Positions 9,915 through 19,947 of a stretch of 64,000 nt of DNA are shown here, piece by piece. The stretch's first letter is position 1. Each line of letters opens with the position of its first letter. The DNA is from Candidatus Poribacteria bacterium. GTDB lineage: Bacteria; Poribacteria; WGA-4E; WGA-3G. The notes beneath the pieces were generated by a model, which saw only the letters and a program-made list of their open reading frames with translations, was not told the origin of the DNA and ran no database searches. The stretch lies in assembly GCA_965197475.1 (NCBI GenBank), contig CBDANF010000003.1, positions 4,000,001 to 4,064,000 on the forward strand. The letters run 5' to 3'. The position numbers were made by a program, and so were the translations under genes.

Positions 9915-11039
9915 CTATTGTAATTTCGCCTTTAATTCCGAGAGTTCTTTGTCAATTGATTCGTCTTCCGCGTAATTCGCAAATTCACGATGCAATTTGA
10001 TGTCTTTGAATTCAATATCTACTTCGGACGCTGCTTTTGCTAAAGCTGCAGCTTCAGTTACATTTTGTCCCATTTTCTTAAGAATCTCAAAAGCTTCACT
10101 ATCTTGGAACTCTGTCAACGTTTGGTGCAGATGTTCGTGTGCGTCAACGTTTCTGTGTTGTGCAATGACAACATCCCTTTCCCTCTGTGTTTCCTGAGTT
10201 TTCTGTTGCAGTGTTTCAAGGAGTGTTGTGAGATGTGCGACTGTCTGTTTCTGTTCTTCCCACTGCGTTTTATATTGAGTTGCAAGTTGTCTGTATTCAT
10301 TTCTTTGTGTGAGGTCTTCCCGCGCAAGGTCTTCACGTCCAGCCTTGAGTGAGATAATTGCGCGTTCCTCACACCGTTCGGCTTGGACAACAGCACCCTC
10401 ATGAGCGTTTTGAAACTGTTTCTCTATTCCTATAGAAGCATCAACCTTATGTTTTGCTTCTGAAAACCGATTTGTGATCTCAAGGATTACATCCTCTAAA
10501 ACCTTTTCAAGGTCCTTTTCTTCATCTTCCTTTTCAGATTCGACCTCAGATTCCGTTTCAGACACCATTTCGACGAGTATTGAATCTAATTTGATAACAA
10601 CTGTCTCGGCGAGTTTATCACCCATCCGCTGTTTTTCTTTCCCCAACGCGAATAACCAGTCAATAGGCTGAAATATCGCTGAAAAACGACGGATGAACGC
10701 ATCTTTAAAGTTCGCAGGTTTTCCATCTTTCAAACGGACTATCCGTAAAGATAAGAGTTTCTTTCCAAATCCAGCCCCATTTTTGACACCGTCCATAAAA
10801 AATATGCCAAATATCCACAAGGCAGCACTTAAAAAGACCATTGTGCTTATTGTTAAACCATCTACAAACCGATAGTGTAGACCAACAACATTGTCAAGAA
10901 AATTCGCTTCTAAAAAACCGCCAAGAAACACAATACCTTGGCAAAAACCCAAGAAACCTATATCAAGTAAAAACGCACCTAACCTCGCCCATCGAGATGC
11001 CAATTTAAACTTTTTTCCTGCGACCCTAACAATAGACAT
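9915..11039 (-). CDS. RDD-domain + PspA/IM30 fusion protein (copy 1)
   Basis: RDD motifs (LASRWARLGAFLLD, GFGKKLLSLRIV, KQRMGDKLAETVVI) followed by a PspA coiled coil (AGREDLARE ... IDKELSELKAKL). ATG 11039 follows GGAGG. Confidence 0.85.
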   Translation of the reverse strand: MSIVRVAGKKFKLASRWARLGAFLLDIGFLGFCQGIVFLGGFLEANFLDNVVGLHYRFVDGLTISTMVFLSAALWIFGIFFMDGVKNGAGFGKKLLSLRIVRLKDGKPANFKDAFIRRFSAIFQPIDWLFALGKEKQRMGDKLAETVVIKLDSILVEMVSETESEVESEKEDEEKDLEKVLEDVILEITNRFSEAKHKVDASIGIEKQFQNAHEGAVVQAERCEERAIISLKAGREDLAREDLTQRNEYRQLATQYKTQWEEQKQTVAHLTTLLETLQQKTQETQRERDVVIAQHRNVDAHEHLHQTLTEFQDSEAFEILKKMGQNVTEAAALAKAASEVDIEFKDIKLHREFANYAEDESIDKELSELKAKLQ

Positions 11040-11252
11040 TATTGCAACTCCTCCCATCTTATAAGAGTTTGCTGCTTCAAAAAAGATAGTTAAAAGATTG
11101 TTGTTGGAATATCCGTTTTTGTACTGCCCCACTCAAAATTGTGTTGAGTTTAGAGCATGCTCGGATAGCCTTAAATAGGGTTCTTGATCTGAATACAAGT
11201 TTGTAGAAAACTGAAGGGAATAGACTTGATAGTTTTCAAGGGTTGTCTGCGT

Positions 11253-12316
11253 TTACTGTAATTTCGCTTTTAATTCTGCGAGATCGTTGTCAATTGATGC
11301 TTCTTCAGCATAACCAGCAAATTCTCTGTTTAACTTTGTATCTCTAAGATCGATATCTACTTCAGATGCTGCTCTTGCTAACGTGGCGGCTTCACTGGCA
11401 TTTTGTTCCATTTTATTGAGAATTTCAAACGCTGTCCCATCTTGCATTTCTGTTAATGTTTCCTGAAGATGCTGGTGTGCATCAACATTTCTGTGTTGTG
11501 CGATGACAATATCTCTTTTTCTTTCTGCTTCCTCAGTCTTCTTTTGGAGCGTTTCAAGCAGAGTCGTGAGGTCAGCTACGACCTGTTTCTGTTCATCCCA
11601 CTGTGTTTTGTAGCGGTTTGCAAGTTGCCGATATTCGTTGCGTTGTGCGATATCCTCGCGTGCCAAGTCTTCTCTCCCTGCCTGTATCGCTATAGTTGCC
11701 CGTTCCTCACACCTTTCCGCTTGCACAACGGCACCTTCATAAGCGTTCTGAAACTGCTTTTCAATTCCAATAGACGCATCAACCTTTTGTTTTGCCTCTG
11801 ACAGCCGGTTTGTCATTTCAAGGATTGCATTCTCTAAAACCTTTTCGGGGTCTTTTACTGCTTCGGCTGCGATTTCTTCAAGATAAGGTTCATATTTCAC
11901 GACAACCGTCTCCGCGAATTTATCACCCATTCGCTGCCTTTTGCCACCGAGTGCAAAGAGCAGATCAAACGGCTGGAAAAAACCTGTGACTCGACGAATG
12001 AAAGAATCCTTAAAGGAACACGGTTTGCCATCTCTCAACCGAATAACCTGTAATGATAGTACCCTTTTGCCAAATCCTTGTCCGTTTTTGAATCCATCCA
12101 TGAAAAGTAGTCCGGCACTCCATAGTACTATACTTAGCAACATCATAAACGGAAGGGTCATAACAGCATTTCGGGGCATTAATAGCAATCCCCAATAAAT
12201 GAGACTAAAATGGAAGAGCAAAAAGAGGTGACAATTAGATCAAAGAAGAGCGCGAACATCCGAGCCGCTCGGGACGCTAATTTGAATTTTTTTCCTGCAA
12301 TTTCAAATGGTTCCAT
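11253..12316 (-). CDS. RDD-domain + PspA/IM30 fusion protein (copy 2), one -1 frameshift
   Basis: True start ATG 12316 (MEPFEIAGKKFKLASRAAR, like copy 1). The frame breaks at or near the G4 run 12190-12193, and the remainder is ORF 11253-12221. Confidence 0.82.
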
Positions 12317-12467
12317 CGTGGACAAACCCCTTTTTGTCGAGAAAACCCATCCGTTGTTGAATTATGCCAAACTGACATCATCACCACCAAGACAGGTTTT
12401 CTTCGTCTTCAACTTATAACTTAATAATAGAGTCTCCAAAGTTAAAAAGGATAGCCAAATTTGGTGG

Positions 12468-13532
12468 TTACAACGTCGGTACTGTTACTGCTACTTCGCG
12501 TCCACCAGCCTCTGAAGAATCAATGACTCCCTGAATGATCACATTCGTAAGCAACACACCATAAGGATCAATCGGGGAAGGTTTGCCTTCACGGACTGCA
12601 TCAATAAATGCGCTATCCTCTTCATGGAATACACTTACTGATTCAAACTCAGTGAACGTTTCGTCGTGTATTTTGCCATCCTTGTCGCCATAGACGCGAA
12701 CTCCATCTTGCGGACCGCGGACTTCGCCGATACCGATTCGCAACCCCGCTTTTTTACCGAGAAAAATTGTGCCGCCCAGAGAATCCATATTCATGCACCA
12801 ACACGTCTTAAAGACCATGCGTGCGCCGTTGTCAAAAACTACCCAACCCACACCGAAGTCTTCCACTTCTGTCTCTCTAAGTGCGGGATTCCATGTGTTA
12901 TGTAGGCTAAGGTAGTTAGATGTAATACCAGAGACAGCAATAGGTTTGGGATGCCCCATTAAATAGAGTGCGGTATCCAATGCGTAAACACCGATGTCTG
13001 CAGACGCACCTAAACCGGCAGTTGCTTTACGGATAAAACTTCCACCGGGATTTCCGCGCCGCCGGTCTGCCACGGTTTCAACATAGTAGATGTCGCCAAG
13101 TGTGCCCGCGTCCACAACCTCTTTCGCTTTGATGACTTGTGGCGAATAACGAAGTTTGAGACCGATCCTCAGAATCTTATCGTTTTCTACTGAAGCGCGC
13201 CACATAGCAGTTGCCGCGTCCAACGTTGCCTCCATCGGCTTTTCACAGAAAACGTGTTTGCCCGCGTTTAATGCTGCAACGGTAGGTGCAGAATGCACAC
13301 CTGTAGGGGTACACACATACACTGCCTCAATCTCGTCCATTTTGAGCATTTCGTTGTAATCCGTAAATGTGTTTTTGATTTCCCACCGTTCTTTCGCTCG
13401 TTCCAAATTTCCCGGAACCAGATCAGCAGCTGCGATAATCTCAGCACCTTTAATTTCTGCAAGCGTTCCACAATGTGCCTGCGCAATACCGCCCGCACCA
13501 ATTAAACCTAATTTGACTGTTCTCATAGTCAT
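12468..13532 (-). CDS. Gfo/Idh/MocA family oxidoreductase
   Basis: GLIGAGGIA, AGKHVFCEKP and DIGVY motifs. Confidence 0.93.
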   Translation of the reverse strand: MTMRTVKLGLIGAGGIAQAHCGTLAEIKGAEIIAAADLVPGNLERAKERWEIKNTFTDYNEMLKMDEIEAVYVCTPTGVHSAPTVAALNAGKHVFCEKPMEATLDAATAMWRASVENDKILRIGLKLRYSPQVIKAKEVVDAGTLGDIYYVETVADRRRGNPGGSFIRKATAGLGASADIGVYALDTALYLMGHPKPIAVSGITSNYLSLHNTWNPALRETEVEDFGVGWVVFDNGARMVFKTCWCMNMDSLGGTIFLGKKAGLRIGIGEVRGPQDGVRVYGDKDGKIHDETFTEFESVSVFHEEDSAFIDAVREGKPSPIDPYGVLLTNVIIQGVIDSSEAGGREVAVTVPTL

Positions 13533-13715
13533 CTCCTCATCACAGATTTGTTCTATAGATTTTATCTTATTTTTCCGTTAGAAGTCAAGTGAATTTCTGC
13601 TTTGGGGTGTGTAAAGTTTTTGGCATAAAAATGAATTGAGTGGGGTCTTGCGAAGTATTTATAAAAATGGTATCCTTACCTAATAAACTATATACTCATA
13701 TAGGAGAGGGTACCA

Positions 13716-14570
13716 ATGTTTAGTATATCATCAGAAAGTTGTGAAGTCAATGAACATAGAGAAGAAACGACCCAGTTTGTAAGAGAAGTAGAGGATTTTG
13801 TGTCAGACCTCACTTCACAAGAGTGTGTATCATTAGAAGATACCGAAGTGCTTGTCTCAGAAAAAGTCCGTTTGTGGGAACAGAGGCTTTAGAGATGTGT
13901 GTCTCTCAAAAGGCATCTGAGAAAGTGAGTGAACCTGTTGAATGTCCACAGTGTCAACAAGCGTGTCGTCCGTTGCGTCCAAGAGTTCGGTATATGACGA
14001 CGCTATGTGGTGTTATCCGTGTAGAGCGTTGGGTGTATTGTTGTGATCGTGGACATACCTATGTGCCGTGGGAGGCCAACCAGAAGTTGAAGGGCAAATA
14101 CACGCATCGTGTGGCAGAAGCAATGTGTCGTCTGGCAGCACTTCTTGACTTTAGAGAAGCTGCTTCGGAGTTGTCTCGTCAGGGATAGAAGTCCGCCATA
14201 CGACGTTACAACAGAAAGTGGGTGAATGGTCTCAAAAGTTGAGCGTTTGTGAACAGGTGGAAACACAAAAACTTGAGGTCAATCAGCGATGGTATGTGAG
14301 TTGTGATGGCTGTCGGACGAACTCACCGGATGGTTGGAAAGAAGTAAAAGTTGGTTGTATTTACAGGGATTATCCGCAACAGGGTTCGGATGCGACACTG
14401 AGTGTGAGGATGCCAAGTATCCGTTATGTTGCAACTCGTCCTGATGCGGCGCATTTTGGTAAGGAGTTGTTGCGTTAGCAACGCACAGCGGTATCTATCA
14501 AGAAGCTATAGATACCCAAGAAGTTGTCTTTATCGGGATGGTGCTGCGTGGATTTGGAACTTATCATTGG
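13716..14570 (+). pseudogene. ISKra4-family transposase pseudogene
   Basis: Fragments: CPQC..C Zn finger, SCDG, DGWKEVKVG, YVA and VVFIG[D]GAAWIWNL. Several frameshifts, and the C-terminal half is missing. Confidence 0.8.
13722..13750 (-). promoter_or_regulatory. Antisense sigma70 promoter overlapping the transposase start (pOUT-like)
   Basis: Minus strand TTGACT-17 bp-TATACT with TGn extension. Confidence 0.55.
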
Positions 14571-14773
14571 CGGTGTTTGTTGAAGAATAATGATTTGGGA
14601 CGGATATTGGTATCCAGACACAGAAGCCGCGTAATCTTCATGCCAAAAACTTTACATACCCAAATGAGAGTCTGTGCTTGACTTTTTCAATCGCATGTGG
14701 TATTACTGTTGTGATTGCTCATGGAATTTCAAACAGGTAGAAGACAAACCACGTTAATAACTTTGGAAGCATC

Positions 14774-16363
14774 ATGAAAATAAGTCAATTGTTTATTGGA
14801 TATTTTACTTTTATTGTGCTGTTAGTGATACATCTTCTGCCGGTTTGGGGTTTTAAGTATTTTCCAACTCAGGATGGGGCAAGCCATATCTACAACGCGT
14901 ATGTCCTGAAGGAGTACCACAAGCACGAAAACTATAGATTGCGCGAAGTCTACGAACTGAACCCTACCCTCTTCCCTAACTGGATGTCCCACGCGCTTAT
15001 GGTCGTACTGATGTACGTCTTCCCGCCGATTGTTTGTGAAAAGATTGTGCTTACGTTCTGCATCGGTCTTTTACCGTTGTCTCTCTTCTATTTCCTGAAC
15101 GGTGTACAGAAGAAAAACATAGTTTTCGGGTTGGTTGGGTTTATCTATGCCTACAACTACCTGCTTCACATGGGATTCTACAACTTTGTTCTCAGTATGT
15201 CCCTGTTTTTCTTCACGATGGGTTATTGGTGGCGAGTCAGGGATAAATTGCGTTGGACAAACATTGCGGTCATATACATATTGCTGTTGGCGACTTACTT
15301 CACCCACTACCACTCCTATGCGTTGCTCATCATATCACTGACATTCTTTGTGCTTTTCTCATCGGTTTACGATGTCTTACGCGAGGTATGGGGCTATAAG
15401 AAAACAACACATCCACCGATGCATCGCTTTAAGGATGGGATGATAAAACTCAAACCTACACTGATTTTCATCGTTGTGCTAATCCCTGCTTACTATATCA
15501 TGCTATCCTACTACCTCTACCTTGTTAACACGCACGGGCATGGTGGGGACCATAGAGGGTTTGAATGGCTTATAAACTACTTCTTCTCTATGAAATCTCT
15601 GGTCGCGTTTCGGGACGATCATGTGCTCATCGGACGGATGTTGTTGGCACTTTTTGGGATCGCCTTTGTTCTCACAGTTATCAGCAGAGTCCGGGGCTAT
15701 CAAAAGGAATTGGACACATCCGACGAACGACTCTGGACGCGCATTGTAACCCAAACAGACGGATTTCTGGCCTTGGCAATCCTCGTCACAGCGATGTATT
15801 TCATATCGCCTTGGTCGGGCTTCAGCGGGGGTTGGATAAACGACCGTTTTCACCTATACATATTCCTGATATTGCTTCCGTTCTTCGCTATCAACCTCCA
15901 TCGGCACATCAATTACGGAATGGCGGGTGTTATCATCGTGCTATCCTTATGGCATCTCAGTTACAATGTGCACACTTACACGATGCTGAATCAGGATATC
16001 GCTAACGCGCTGTCATTGGAAGGAATGGATGAGAAACACACAATTCTCACGAGTGAACCGGGTGAATGGGGTGGTTTATCTGATTCACTCGGTTTTGAAC
16101 CGAAGTATGTTGAACCTTTTGGACACATTGAATGCTTGCTTGCTGTGAAAAAGGGGATTGCCTATCTCGACAACTATGAGGCCAATACAGATCATTTTCC
16201 GTTGCGGTATAAGCGAAAGGATTTGCCTGCTGACTTCGTTATCGTATGGCAAACAGAGTACGATGATGTCGCTGGTTTGGAGCAAGAGTACGACCTCATT
16301 GATTCCAACGACTACAATCGTCTCTATCGCCGCAAGCGCACCTTACCGGATACGCAACTGTGA
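14774..16363 (+). CDS. Multi-pass membrane protein (possible GT-C-fold glycosyltransferase-like)
   Basis: About 11-12 hydrophobic segments, with first-loop motif PTQDGASH and later INDRF. Confidence 0.6.
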   Translation: MKISQLFIGYFTFIVLLVIHLLPVWGFKYFPTQDGASHIYNAYVLKEYHKHENYRLREVYELNPTLFPNWMSHALMVVLMYVFPPIVCEKIVLTFCIGLLPLSLFYFLNGVQKKNIVFGLVGFIYAYNYLLHMGFYNFVLSMSLFFFTMGYWWRVRDKLRWTNIAVIYILLLATYFTHYHSYALLIISLTFFVLFSSVYDVLREVWGYKKTTHPPMHRFKDGMIKLKPTLIFIVVLIPAYYIMLSYYLYLVNTHGHGGDHRGFEWLINYFFSMKSLVAFRDDHVLIGRMLLALFGIAFVLTVISRVRGYQKELDTSDERLWTRIVTQTDGFLALAILVTAMYFISPWSGFSGGWINDRFHLYIFLILLPFFAINLHRHINYGMAGVIIVLSLWHLSYNVHTYTMLNQDIANALSLEGMDEKHTILTSEPGEWGGLSDSLGFEPKYVEPFGHIECLLAVKKGIAYLDNYEANTDHFPLRYKRKDLPADFVIVWQTEYDDVAGLEQEYDLIDSNDYNRLYRRKRTLPDTQL

Positions 16364-16881
16364 GCGGAACAGTTGGTATCGCATTTGATATGCAACCTCG
16401 CGATGCACAAACGGCACCCGGATTTATCCCTGTGTATACGGATACAGTTTTCACCGATGGAAAATACGGTTGGCTGACGCAGTCAGCAAGGGACGATTTC
16501 AAAAGTGAATTAGAGGTTCCACAGATGTACCGTGACAGTATTTTGGGAGAGGAAGATGGTGTTTTTCAGGTAGCACTTCCTAATGGAGAGTATGAGGTTA
16601 GATGCTATTTCAGAGCGAGTGAATCTGAACCTTTAGAGATAAACCTAATTGCGAATGATGAAAAGAAGATTCAGCGATTGCAGATTCCTGCTGGAAGTTA
16701 TAGGATTAACAGCCGTTATACTATCGCAATTACTGATGAACAATTAACTCAGGTGATATATACTCATGGAAAAGGAAAATACAAAAGGTGGGGTTGGTGT
16801 AGTTGTACCATACTATGTATTGATGGTGATATGCGCTTCAATCTACCTGAAAAACCCATGAACGATGATTCTAACGAATAA
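16360..16881 (+). CDS. Galactose-binding-like beta-sandwich domain; either a coupled gene or the frameshifted C-terminus of 14774-16363
   Basis: AFDMQP...GF..V..DTVF..GKYGW...FQVALPNGEYEV. GTGA overlap; one extra G would give L-W-S-G read-through. Confidence 0.55.
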   Translation: MSGTVGIAFDMQPRDAQTAPGFIPVYTDTVFTDGKYGWLTQSARDDFKSELEVPQMYRDSILGEEDGVFQVALPNGEYEVRCYFRASESEPLEINLIANDEKKIQRLQIPAGSYRINSRYTIAITDEQLTQVIYTHGKGKYKRWGWCSCTILCIDGDMRFNLPEKPMNDDSNE

Positions 16882-16896
16882 GAAAAGGAGACATGA

Positions 16897-18516
16897 ATGG
16901 CAAACTTTCAAGAAATTGGTTGGAAAGCAAGTAGCAACGTAGGTGTCGTTGCGGCTGGAGGTGCAAAGGCAGTCGCAGCAGGGATTGAGATTTTAGAAGC
17001 AGGTGGAAACGCTGCTGATGCAGCTGCAGGAACGATTCTTGCGCTCAACGTCACAGACCACGGTGCGTGTTCGATCGGGGGTGAGGTGCCACTTCTTATT
17101 TTTGATGCCGAAAAGCAGGAAGTGAAATCACTCTCCGGACAGGGGCGTGCCCCGCTTTCACAAAGTGCTATCGATTGGTATATGGAGAACGGTATTCCAA
17201 ACGGCGACATCAAAATGGCACCTGTGCCATCGGTTGTTGATCTCTGCACGACCACGCTTAAACAGTACGGGACCATGACGTTTGAGGAAATCGTAGCACC
17301 CACACTGGCACTGCTTGATGCTGGAAAGGCGGAGTGGCACTCTAAATTGGCGGTTACCCTACGGCGAATGGTTGATGAGGAACACAAAACATCTGGGAGT
17401 CGTGAGCAGAAAGTGCAAGCGGCAAGCGATCGGTTTTATGGACGGAACGGTGTTCATAGGGACATTGCTGATGAATTAGAGGCATTTTACATTGAAAAGA
17501 GTGGATTTCTTCGTAAGAGGGACCTTGCTGCCCATGTTACACTAATTGAAGAGCCGGTAACGGTGGAGTATCAAGGTTATACAGTGTGCAAGTGTGGTCC
17601 GTGGACACAAGGTCCCTATCTTTGTCAAGCACTGCGTCTGTTGGAAGGTTTTGATCTCAAAGACATGGGACACTTCTCTGCAGATTACGTGCATGTGGTC
17701 ACTGAAGCACTCAAGTTGGCAATGGCAGACCGAGATGAATATTACGCGGATCCAGAATTTGTAGATGTCCCTATGTCTAAGCTACTTTCCGATGCATACA
17801 CCGAGATTCGCAGACCGCTAATTGATATGAAAAAAGCATCACACGAGGCACGACCAGGTGACGTAGAAAATATGAAACCGCTAAAATCAGATGGTGTATT
17901 CCGCCCCGGTGTCGGTGGGACAACAACTTGTGTAGTTGCTGATAGGTGGGGTAATGTCGTTTCTGCTACACCGAGTGCGAACGTCTATCACGCAGGAGGT
18001 ACAGGCACCACAGGTGTCAGTTACGGTAATCGCTTGCGGAGCCTCAATACGACTCCCGGACATCCGAACTGTATTGAGCCTGGGAAGCGTCCGAGAATTA
18101 CGCTTACGCCTACATTGGTTCTAAAGGATGGCGCGCCTATTTTAGCAATCAGTGTTGCAGGTGGTGATCTGCAAGACCAAGCAACAATGAATCTGCTGCT
18201 CAATTTTGTTGAGTTTGGTTTGAAACCTGAAGAGGCTGTGACAGCACCGCGTTTTGCCACTGCACATCGCCAAGATTCGTTTGATCCAAATCCTAATCGT
18301 GAGCAGACGTTTAAGGGTCCAGGTTCGTTGACTATCAGTGATAGTGTGAGCGAGAACGTTCAGGAAGAACTTGCAGGGCGCGGTCATCAGGTTAAAGCAC
18401 AATCCTCTCCAATCGCTGTGCCTGTTATGCTCTATGTTGATCAAGATAGTGGGATATACTATGCTGCGGGTGACCCTGCTGCTCAAAGGCATGCTGCGGG
18501 TTTAGATGAAGAGTGA
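16897..18516 (+). CDS. ggt: Gamma-glutamyltransferase family protein (no signal peptide)
   Basis: GGNAADAA, ADRDEYYADP, nucleophile region GTTTCVVADRWGN, PGKRPRITLTP. Confidence 0.9.
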   Translation: MANFQEIGWKASSNVGVVAAGGAKAVAAGIEILEAGGNAADAAAGTILALNVTDHGACSIGGEVPLLIFDAEKQEVKSLSGQGRAPLSQSAIDWYMENGIPNGDIKMAPVPSVVDLCTTTLKQYGTMTFEEIVAPTLALLDAGKAEWHSKLAVTLRRMVDEEHKTSGSREQKVQAASDRFYGRNGVHRDIADELEAFYIEKSGFLRKRDLAAHVTLIEEPVTVEYQGYTVCKCGPWTQGPYLCQALRLLEGFDLKDMGHFSADYVHVVTEALKLAMADRDEYYADPEFVDVPMSKLLSDAYTEIRRPLIDMKKASHEARPGDVENMKPLKSDGVFRPGVGGTTTCVVADRWGNVVSATPSANVYHAGGTGTTGVSYGNRLRSLNTTPGHPNCIEPGKRPRITLTPTLVLKDGAPILAISVAGGDLQDQATMNLLLNFVEFGLKPEEAVTAPRFATAHRQDSFDPNPNREQTFKGPGSLTISDSVSENVQEELAGRGHQVKAQSSPIAVPVMLYVDQDSGIYYAAGDPAAQRHAAGLDEE

Positions 18517-18535
18517 AGGAATTCAGTTAGAAAGA

Positions 18536-18616
18536 TTACGGATGTTGAGGCTGAATCAATGCCGTGAGAAAATCCTCATGGGCAACATCTTCAACAAATA
18601 GATTGATATTACGCAT
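18536..18616 (-). pseudogene. Truncated partner gene (DUF4276/TOPRIM-like N-terminus) of the AAA ATPase
   Basis: ATG overlaps the ATPase 3' end. MRNINLFVEDVAHEDFLTALIQ shows the hydrophobic-VED motif, then stops after 26 aa. Confidence 0.6.
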
Positions 18617-19931
18617 CAAAGTCCCCTCTCAAAATACGTTCAGAAGGGGACAAAGCATCTTCGTCGTCCAATGCTACCTCAGTATCTGATTTCCTCCATA
18701 GTGGTCCTGTATCCATCATCTTTAACGACTCAATTTTTGTGTTGCCGTTGACTTTGCGACAAACGTATAAAGATTCGTAAGGTACGAGGTCAGGCAAAAG
18801 TGATGAATGTGTTGTTACAATGAATTGGATATCTTGGAGAATCATACGAGTTTCCAAAAAGCGAGCAATGCGACGAATTCTGCGAGGGTGAATCCCATTT
18901 TCAGGTTCTTCAAATCCTATCAACGCTGGAGACTCTTCGGAACCAACGAGTGCTAAAAGTCCTAAAATTCGGAGTGTACCCTCGGATAAGACGCGGGCAG
19001 AAATGCGCTTTTCACCTTCACGAAGATCCAATTCAACTTCACCTAATTCATTGACACTAACATTAATTCCCGTTATAGATGGAATCATGGTATGGAGAGA
19101 TTTCTCAACAGATTCAAATTGACGCTTATTACGAGCTTGCAAGGTATTGAGAAAGGCTGCGAGATCCTCTCCCATTGGTCCAATATCGTGAACCGCCCTG
19201 ACCGGATTTGGGAGTCGCATCTGTTCTCTTGGCTCAAGGTAGAAAGTAAGCCAGTTCGCCAACTCTTGCTGCATTGCAGTCAAATGAGGATAGTGAGGTG
19301 GATAGTGCGACCTCGAAAGGATACTATAATCAAGATAACGTTCATAGTAAAGCGGATGCGACTGTCCCTCCATCCGCAAATGCAACCGATTCTGCCTTCG
19401 CTCTAAAAAAGCCTTCCTGTTTCGTTTTGGTTGCCCTTCGGTACTGAGTGCCGCGAGATATTCATCTGCCACACGTAAAAATCCTTGCTTTGGAAGCATT
19501 TCAATCTCAATCCGATATCGCAGATAATTCTCATTCACGGGCAGCCGCCGGTCTGAAACAGGTTTATTTACACTTTTTGTGTCCTTTATCGTTGTTTCCC
19601 TTATTTCTTGGATTCGCTTATTGATGCTTTCAATAACATCTGTAGAAAGTAGAACATCTACCTCTATACTAAACGACACTTTTTCCTTTTTCAGGAGACT
19701 CTTAATGCCCTCATCTCCAAAAGTGAACGATTCCAGCGGATGGCCTCGGTAGGGTGGGTCGAATGCTTCTTCCAAGGTCTGACAGGTCGCCATCCGAGAC
19801 AGAAGTTGCAAGGCATCAAGGAAATTGCTCTTTCCTGAGGCGTTAGGACCAACCAGCACAGAAAGAGGTTCGAGATTTAGTTCAAGATCCGCAAGTGATT
19901 TGTAACCTTGAATTTTGATTCGCTTCAGCAT
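18609..19931 (-). CDS. AAA_21-type ABC-superfamily ATPase (defence/TA-associated)
   Basis: Walker A GPNASGKSN, signature LSEGT, Walker B FEEPENGIHP, TTHS. Confidence 0.9.
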   Translation of the reverse strand: MLKRIKIQGYKSLADLELNLEPLSVLVGPNASGKSNFLDALQLLSRMATCQTLEEAFDPPYRGHPLESFTFGDEGIKSLLKKEKVSFSIEVDVLLSTDVIESINKRIQEIRETTIKDTKSVNKPVSDRRLPVNENYLRYRIEIEMLPKQGFLRVADEYLAALSTEGQPKRNRKAFLERRQNRLHLRMEGQSHPLYYERYLDYSILSRSHYPPHYPHLTAMQQELANWLTFYLEPREQMRLPNPVRAVHDIGPMGEDLAAFLNTLQARNKRQFESVEKSLHTMIPSITGINVSVNELGEVELDLREGEKRISARVLSEGTLRILGLLALVGSEESPALIGFEEPENGIHPRRIRRIARFLETRMILQDIQFIVTTHSSLLPDLVPYESLYVCRKVNGNTKIESLKMMDTGPLWRKSDTEVALDDEDALSPSERILRGDFDA

Positions 19932-19947
19932 GGTAGCGTCCCTCCGT

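Larger units (their letters stand above)
13605..14661 (+). mobile_element. ISKra4-family IS remnant (internally deleted)
   Basis: TIRs GGGTGTGTAAAGTTTTTGGCAT (13605) / ATGCCAAAAACTTTACATACCC (14661). No clear TSD. Confidence 0.8.
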
